Part shown: positions 38,453 to 42,147 of the stretch, piece after piece
Position numbering within the stretch: the stretch's first letter is position 1
Layout of the letters: each line of letters begins with the position of its first letter
Program-made: the position numbers and the translations under genes
Notes under the pieces: model-generated
What the model was told of the DNA's origin: nothing
Database searches by the model: none
The model's input: only the letters and a program-made list of their open reading frames with translations
Assembly (NCBI GenBank): GCA_005888295.1
Contig: VAWP01000054.1
Coordinates: forward strand, 21,640-63,786
Length of the DNA: 42,147 bases
From: Actinomycetota bacterium
GTDB lineage: Bacteria; Actinomycetota; Acidimicrobiia; Acidimicrobiales; AC-9
Direction: 5' to 3'

Positions 38453-39358
38453 ATGCGCCACGGTGTGATCATCGACGTCTCGAAGCCGATCGACGGGGTC
38501 GTGGACCAGGTCTCGAAGCTGGCCGAGCAGGGCATCGCCACGGCCTGGTGCTCGCAGATATTCGGCTACGACGCCCTCACGCTGCTCGCCGTGGTGGGGC
38601 GGGAGGTGCCCGACATCGAGCTGGGCACCGCGGTCGTCCCCACGTACCCGCGCCATCCGGTCATGCTGGCGGCCCAGGCGCTCACGACCCAGGCCGCCAC
38701 CGGTCGACGGCTGGTCCTCGGCATCGGGCTGTCGCACCAGGTCGTCATCGAGGGAATGTTCGGGTACTCGTTCGACCGGCCGGCTCGCCACATGCGCGAG
38801 TACCTGTCCGCGCTGATGCCGCTGCTACACGGTGAAGCGGTGACGTTCAAGGGCGAGACGCTCAGCGCCACGACGATGGCGCCGTTGGACGTCAAGGTCG
38901 ACGCACCGCCGGTCCTGGTGGCCGCGCTCGGACCCACCATGCTCAGGCTCGCCGGTGAGCTGGCCGACGGCACCGTGACCTGGATGACGGGCCCCGCCAC
39001 CCTCGCCTCGCACATCGTTCCCTCGATCGCCAAAGCGGCCACGGACGCCGGCCGGCCCGCTCCACGGGTCGCCGTCGGCCTGCCGGTCGCGGTCACGACG
39101 GACCCCGATCGGGCGAGGGAGGCCGCCAGCCGGACGTTCGCCATCTACGGCCAGCTCCCCTCGTACCGGGCCATGCTCGACCGAGAGGGCGCAGAGGGAC
39201 CGGCCCAGGTCGCCATCGTCGGCGACGAGCAATCCGTCGCCAACCAGATCGGCGCCGTCGCCGAGGCGGGGGCGACCGACTTCAGCGCCGCGCCCTTCGG
39301 CACGTCGGACGAGATACGCCAGACGCTGGCCCTGGTCACGGCGCTGGCCAAGGGCTGA
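38453..39358 (+). CDS. F420-dependent LLM oxidoreductase (TIGR03564-like)
   Basis: ELGTAVVPTYPRHP, LGIGLSH, AALGPTML and LPSYRAMLDREG motifs. Confidence 0.92.
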   Translation: MRHGVIIDVSKPIDGVVDQVSKLAEQGIATAWCSQIFGYDALTLLAVVGREVPDIELGTAVVPTYPRHPVMLAAQALTTQAATGRRLVLGIGLSHQVVIEGMFGYSFDRPARHMREYLSALMPLLHGEAVTFKGETLSATTMAPLDVKVDAPPVLVAALGPTMLRLAGELADGTVTWMTGPATLASHIVPSIAKAATDAGRPAPRVAVGLPVAVTTDPDRAREAASRTFAIYGQLPSYRAMLDREGAEGPAQVAIVGDEQSVANQIGAVAEAGATDFSAAPFGTSDEIRQTLALVTALAKG

Positions 39359-39492
39359 CACCGGGCCCCGTCCGCCCTCGTCCCCTTCAGCGGGCACCGA
39401 GACCGGGGGATACCGGTCAACCCGTCCCGATCGGTACCCGGTCGCTACACTGTGTCCGAGGCCGATGGGGCCAAGGGGAGGAGAGGACAAGA

Positions 39493-39924
39493 ATGGCTGA
39501 CCCGTCTCAGGGGGCTGCGGCAGCACAGCCCTGGCAGCAGCAGGGCGTCGCCCAAGCGACCGGCGTCGTGGGAAGGACGACCTCGCCGGGCAGGCAGATC
39601 CTGCTGACGATCGTCACGATCGGTATCTGGGCGTACGTGTGGGTGTACCGCCAGCACGAGGACATCAAGCTCTACACCGGGGAAGGCGTCGGTGGGGGTC
39701 TCGGGACGGTGATCTTTTTCTTCATCAGCCCGGTGACGTATTTCCTGCTCGCCAACGAGATCGAGACCAAGCTGTACCAGCGCGACGGGGTGGAGTCGCC
39801 CGTCCGCACCATTCAAGGGCTGTGGTTCCTGCTCCCGCTCGTGGGCAGCCTGATCTGGTACATCAAGATGCAGCGGGCGCTCAACGACTACTGGGTCAGC
39901 AAGGGGGCCGAGGCTCCCGCCTGA
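39493..39924 (+). CDS. DUF4234-like small membrane protein
   Basis: ILLTIVTIGIWAYVWVYRQHEDI...LPLVGSLIWYIKMQRALNDYW. Confidence 0.8.
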   Translation: MADPSQGAAAAQPWQQQGVAQATGVVGRTTSPGRQILLTIVTIGIWAYVWVYRQHEDIKLYTGEGVGGGLGTVIFFFISPVTYFLLANEIETKLYQRDGVESPVRTIQGLWFLLPLVGSLIWYIKMQRALNDYWVSKGAEAPA

Positions 39925-39951
39925 TCGTCGCAGTCGTCGAAATATCCGTAG

Positions 39952-39991
39952 AGAGGCCGGCTCTGCCCGACGTGGTGGAGCCGGCCTTTTC
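39952..39991. terminator. Intrinsic terminator hairpin between convergent genes
   Basis: AGGCCGGCTC-N14-GAGCCGGCCT followed by TTT. Confidence 0.7.
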
Positions 39992-39995
39992 GCGA

Positions 39996-40829
39996 CTACT
40001 GGTGCAGCGCCTGCGCCGCCCGCGCCAGCGAGTCCTCCCAGGCCCAGTTGATCTCGAAGTGCTGGTTGGGCTCCTTCATCAGGTTGTAGGTCCACCACAG
40101 GTTGTAGAAGCCGAGGCTGAAGATGGAGGCGACGATCCTGCCCGCGTAGTTGTGCGGGCCCTTGACCCGTGTGGGGTCGGGTTGGGGCACCGGCTGGCCG
40201 AGGCGTGCGTAGATGATGGACAGCTCGTCCTCGATCCCGCCCTCGGCGCTGTCGTGCTTGATGAGGCTCGCGTCCAGGCCGCAGTAGACGATGAAGTACA
40301 CCACGAGGCCACCGATGTAGGTGAGCCAGGAGGCAGCGATGAGGATCACCAGCCAGATGGCTGGTTCACGCATCTGGGTCCCCACCCGACGCAGGCTCTC
40401 GAGACCGGCGCTGGCCCGCTCGAAGTTCGGCCGCAGCTCGGCCTGGAGACCTCGCTGACCCGCCACGTCCCAGGCGTAGGCATTGGCTGCGTCGAGCACG
40501 TCCAGACGCCGGGAGTTGTGGTCCCGCATACGCCGAAGGAGTTGGTAGTACATGTAGAGATAGAAGATCCCGAGCGTCAGGATCCCCCAGCCGAGCGCAG
40601 ACCAGAAATTGGCGATGTAATCGGTGTCGTGGCGTCGCTGGTAGGCCATACGCAGCCGCTCCAGCGGCGGCGCCGTCGGGACTCCGAAGCCCCCTGCCGG
40701 CGGGGGCGTCGCCTGCTGACGCGACGCCTGCCAGGTGGCCGCCCCGCTGTCACCCGTGTCACCGCTGGACTGCAGACCTTGATCCGTCCAATCCGAGCCA
40801 GGGGAACCAGCCGACGGGTCATCACTCAT
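39996..40829 (-). CDS. DUF4234-like membrane protein, paralog 1
   Basis: GGAGGAG RBS; ILTLGIFYLYMYYQL...HN; IFSLGFYNLWW...HFEINWAWED. Confidence 0.8.
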   Translation of the reverse strand: MSDDPSAGSPGSDWTDQGLQSSGDTGDSGAATWQASRQQATPPPAGGFGVPTAPPLERLRMAYQRRHDTDYIANFWSALGWGILTLGIFYLYMYYQLLRRMRDHNSRRLDVLDAANAYAWDVAGQRGLQAELRPNFERASAGLESLRRVGTQMREPAIWLVILIAASWLTYIGGLVVYFIVYCGLDASLIKHDSAEGGIEDELSIIYARLGQPVPQPDPTRVKGPHNYAGRIVASIFSLGFYNLWWTYNLMKEPNQHFEINWAWEDSLARAAQALHQ

Positions 40830-40903
40830 CGAAATCTCCTCCGCCGTGGAATCAGCCAAAAATGGTACCAGCGCTATCTCCGCCAGCTCGAGCCTTCCGC
40901 CTG

Positions 40904-41629
40904 TTACTGCTGCAAGGCCTGGGCTGCCTGGGCCAGCGAGTCCTCCCAGGCCCAGTTGACCTCGAAATGGCGGTTCGGCTCGTTCATCATGTTGTACGTC
41001 CACCAGAACGCGTAGATCCCCACGGTGACGATGGAGACGATGACGCGAGCGATGTAGTTGTGCTTGCCCTTGATCCGCGCGGGGTCCGGCTGGGGAACGG
41101 GCTGGCCCAGCCGGGAGAAGATGGTGGCGACCTCGGACTCCGCACCTCCCTCGGCGATGTCGTGCCTGACGAGGTCACCGTCGAGGAAGACGTAGGCGAT
41201 GATCTCGACGAACCCCAGTCTCCCGCCCACGATCGACAGCAGAAGCCAGATGGTTGGATCTCGGAAGTCCCTGGTCATTCGCTGCAGCCCGTCGAGATGG
41301 GTGGCGGCGCGCTCGAAGTGGGGACGGAGCTCGTCCTGGAGGCCTCGGCCGCCCGCCACCTCCCATGCGAAGTCTCTTGCCGCGCCGAGCAACTCCAGCC
41401 GGCGGAGGTTGTGCTCGCGCATGCGCCGCATCAACTGGTAGAAGACGTAGAAGTAGAAGACTCCCAGGGTCAGCACCGACCAGCCCAGCGCCGTCCAGAA
41501 GCTGAAGATGTAGTCGCTCTCGTGGCGACGCTGGTATGCCTGACGTAGCCGGTCGACTGGTTGGATGGACGGCGGCCCCACTGGTCCGATTCCCCATGAT
41601 GAGCCGCCCGGAGGTTGCGGAGCCGTCAT
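40904..41629 (-). CDS. DUF4234-like membrane protein, paralog 2
   Basis: Aligns to paralog 1 across the conserved core (AYQRRH..DYI through NWAWEDSLA). Confidence 0.82.
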   Translation of the reverse strand: MTAPQPPGGSSWGIGPVGPPSIQPVDRLRQAYQRRHESDYIFSFWTALGWSVLTLGVFYFYVFYQLMRRMREHNLRRLELLGAARDFAWEVAGGRGLQDELRPHFERAATHLDGLQRMTRDFRDPTIWLLLSIVGGRLGFVEIIAYVFLDGDLVRHDIAEGGAESEVATIFSRLGQPVPQPDPARIKGKHNYIARVIVSIVTVGIYAFWWTYNMMNEPNRHFEVNWAWEDSLAQAAQALQQ

Positions 41630-41696
41630 GGCGATCGAGCGTAGTGGGCGCTGCTGTGGCGGCCGTCGACGCCGAGGACTCCCGTCCGAGACGCCC

Positions 41697-42147
41697 CTAC
41701 TGCTGGGCCGCCTGAGCCAGCGCGTCCTCCCAGGCCCAGTTCGTCTCGAAGTGCTCGTTGGGCTCGTTCAACATGTTGTACCACCACCAGATCGTGTAGA
41801 TCCCGAAGGTGACGATCGAGACGATGACACGAGCCACGTAGTTGTGCTTGCCCTTGATGCGGGCGGGGTCGGGCTGTGGAACGGGCCGCCCGAGGCGGGT
41901 GTAGATGGTGGCCAGCTCCGACTCCACGCCACCTTCTGCCGTGTCGTGCTTGACCAGGTCGCCGTCGAGCAGGATGAAGCCGATGATCCCCGCGATACCG
42001 GTGAACCAGATCAGCAGCAGCCAGATGAGGGGATCCCGGAAATCGGAGGTCATCTGGCGCATGACCTCCTCATGGGACGCGGCCCGCTCGAAGTTCGGAC
42101 GCAGCTCCTCCTGCAGTCCCTGCTCTCCGGCCAGCTGCCATGCGTAG
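41697..42147 (-). CDS. DUF4234-like membrane protein, paralog 3 (5' end beyond window)
   Basis: ELRPNFERA...KHDTAEGG...PQPDPARIKGKHNY...HFETNWAWED. Confidence 0.82.
   Translation of the reverse strand, partial: YAWQLAGEQGLQEELRPNFERAASHEEVMRQMTSDFRDPLIWLLLIWFTGIAGIIGFILLDGDLVKHDTAEGGVESELATIYTRLGRPVPQPDPARIKGKHNYVARVIVSIVTFGIYTIWWWYNMLNEPNEHFETNWAWEDALAQAAQQ

Noticed and set aside
39996-42147. Diversity-generating retroelement or recent gene-conversion cassettes among the paralogs
   Set aside because: Differences are spread across all bases and synonymous sites rather than adenine-specific, and no reverse transcriptase or recombinase is in the window.

Overview
High-GC actinobacterial DNA. 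Gene content and many leaderless TANNNT-N6/7-start genes suggest Acidimicrobiia-like; this is inference. A tRNA-Gly(GCC) at 19911-19986 (-) splits the window. Left of its 3' end (1-19900) is an accessory, heavily decayed stress/redox region: VOC proteins, an ECF41/SigJ remnant with two perfect ECF41 promoters, an HTH gene with a 15-bp VNTR, a Zn-finger gene and HExxH peptidase gene around a 24-bp palindrome, a GAF-GAF-PP2C/anti-sigma pair, SDRs, a haloperoxidase, TetR-MFS, SRPBCC-ArsR-DUF899 and a phosphoesterase. Right of the tRNA are more core-like genes: WS/DGAT, Fpg/Nei, dut, DivIVA-domain, orn, MBL hydrolases, AKR, acyl-CoA ligase, 1-Cys Prx, TSUP/Rrf2, ECH, Rpf, TM0106 nuclease-helicase and F420 LLM. 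The window ends in a cluster of four DUF4234-like membrane genes. The two best leads are (1) a gene the ORF track misses, 7331-7868, a thioredoxin-fold/TPR protein with an in-frame TGA exactly at the first Cys position of a CxxC motif (UGGC) followed by a SECIS-like hairpin, i.e. a candidate selenoprotein, and (2) a tandem array of at least three paralogous triple-hairpin membrane proteins, each with three in-register His, converging on a fourth DUF4234 gene. All family calls come from motif recognition; no searches were run.
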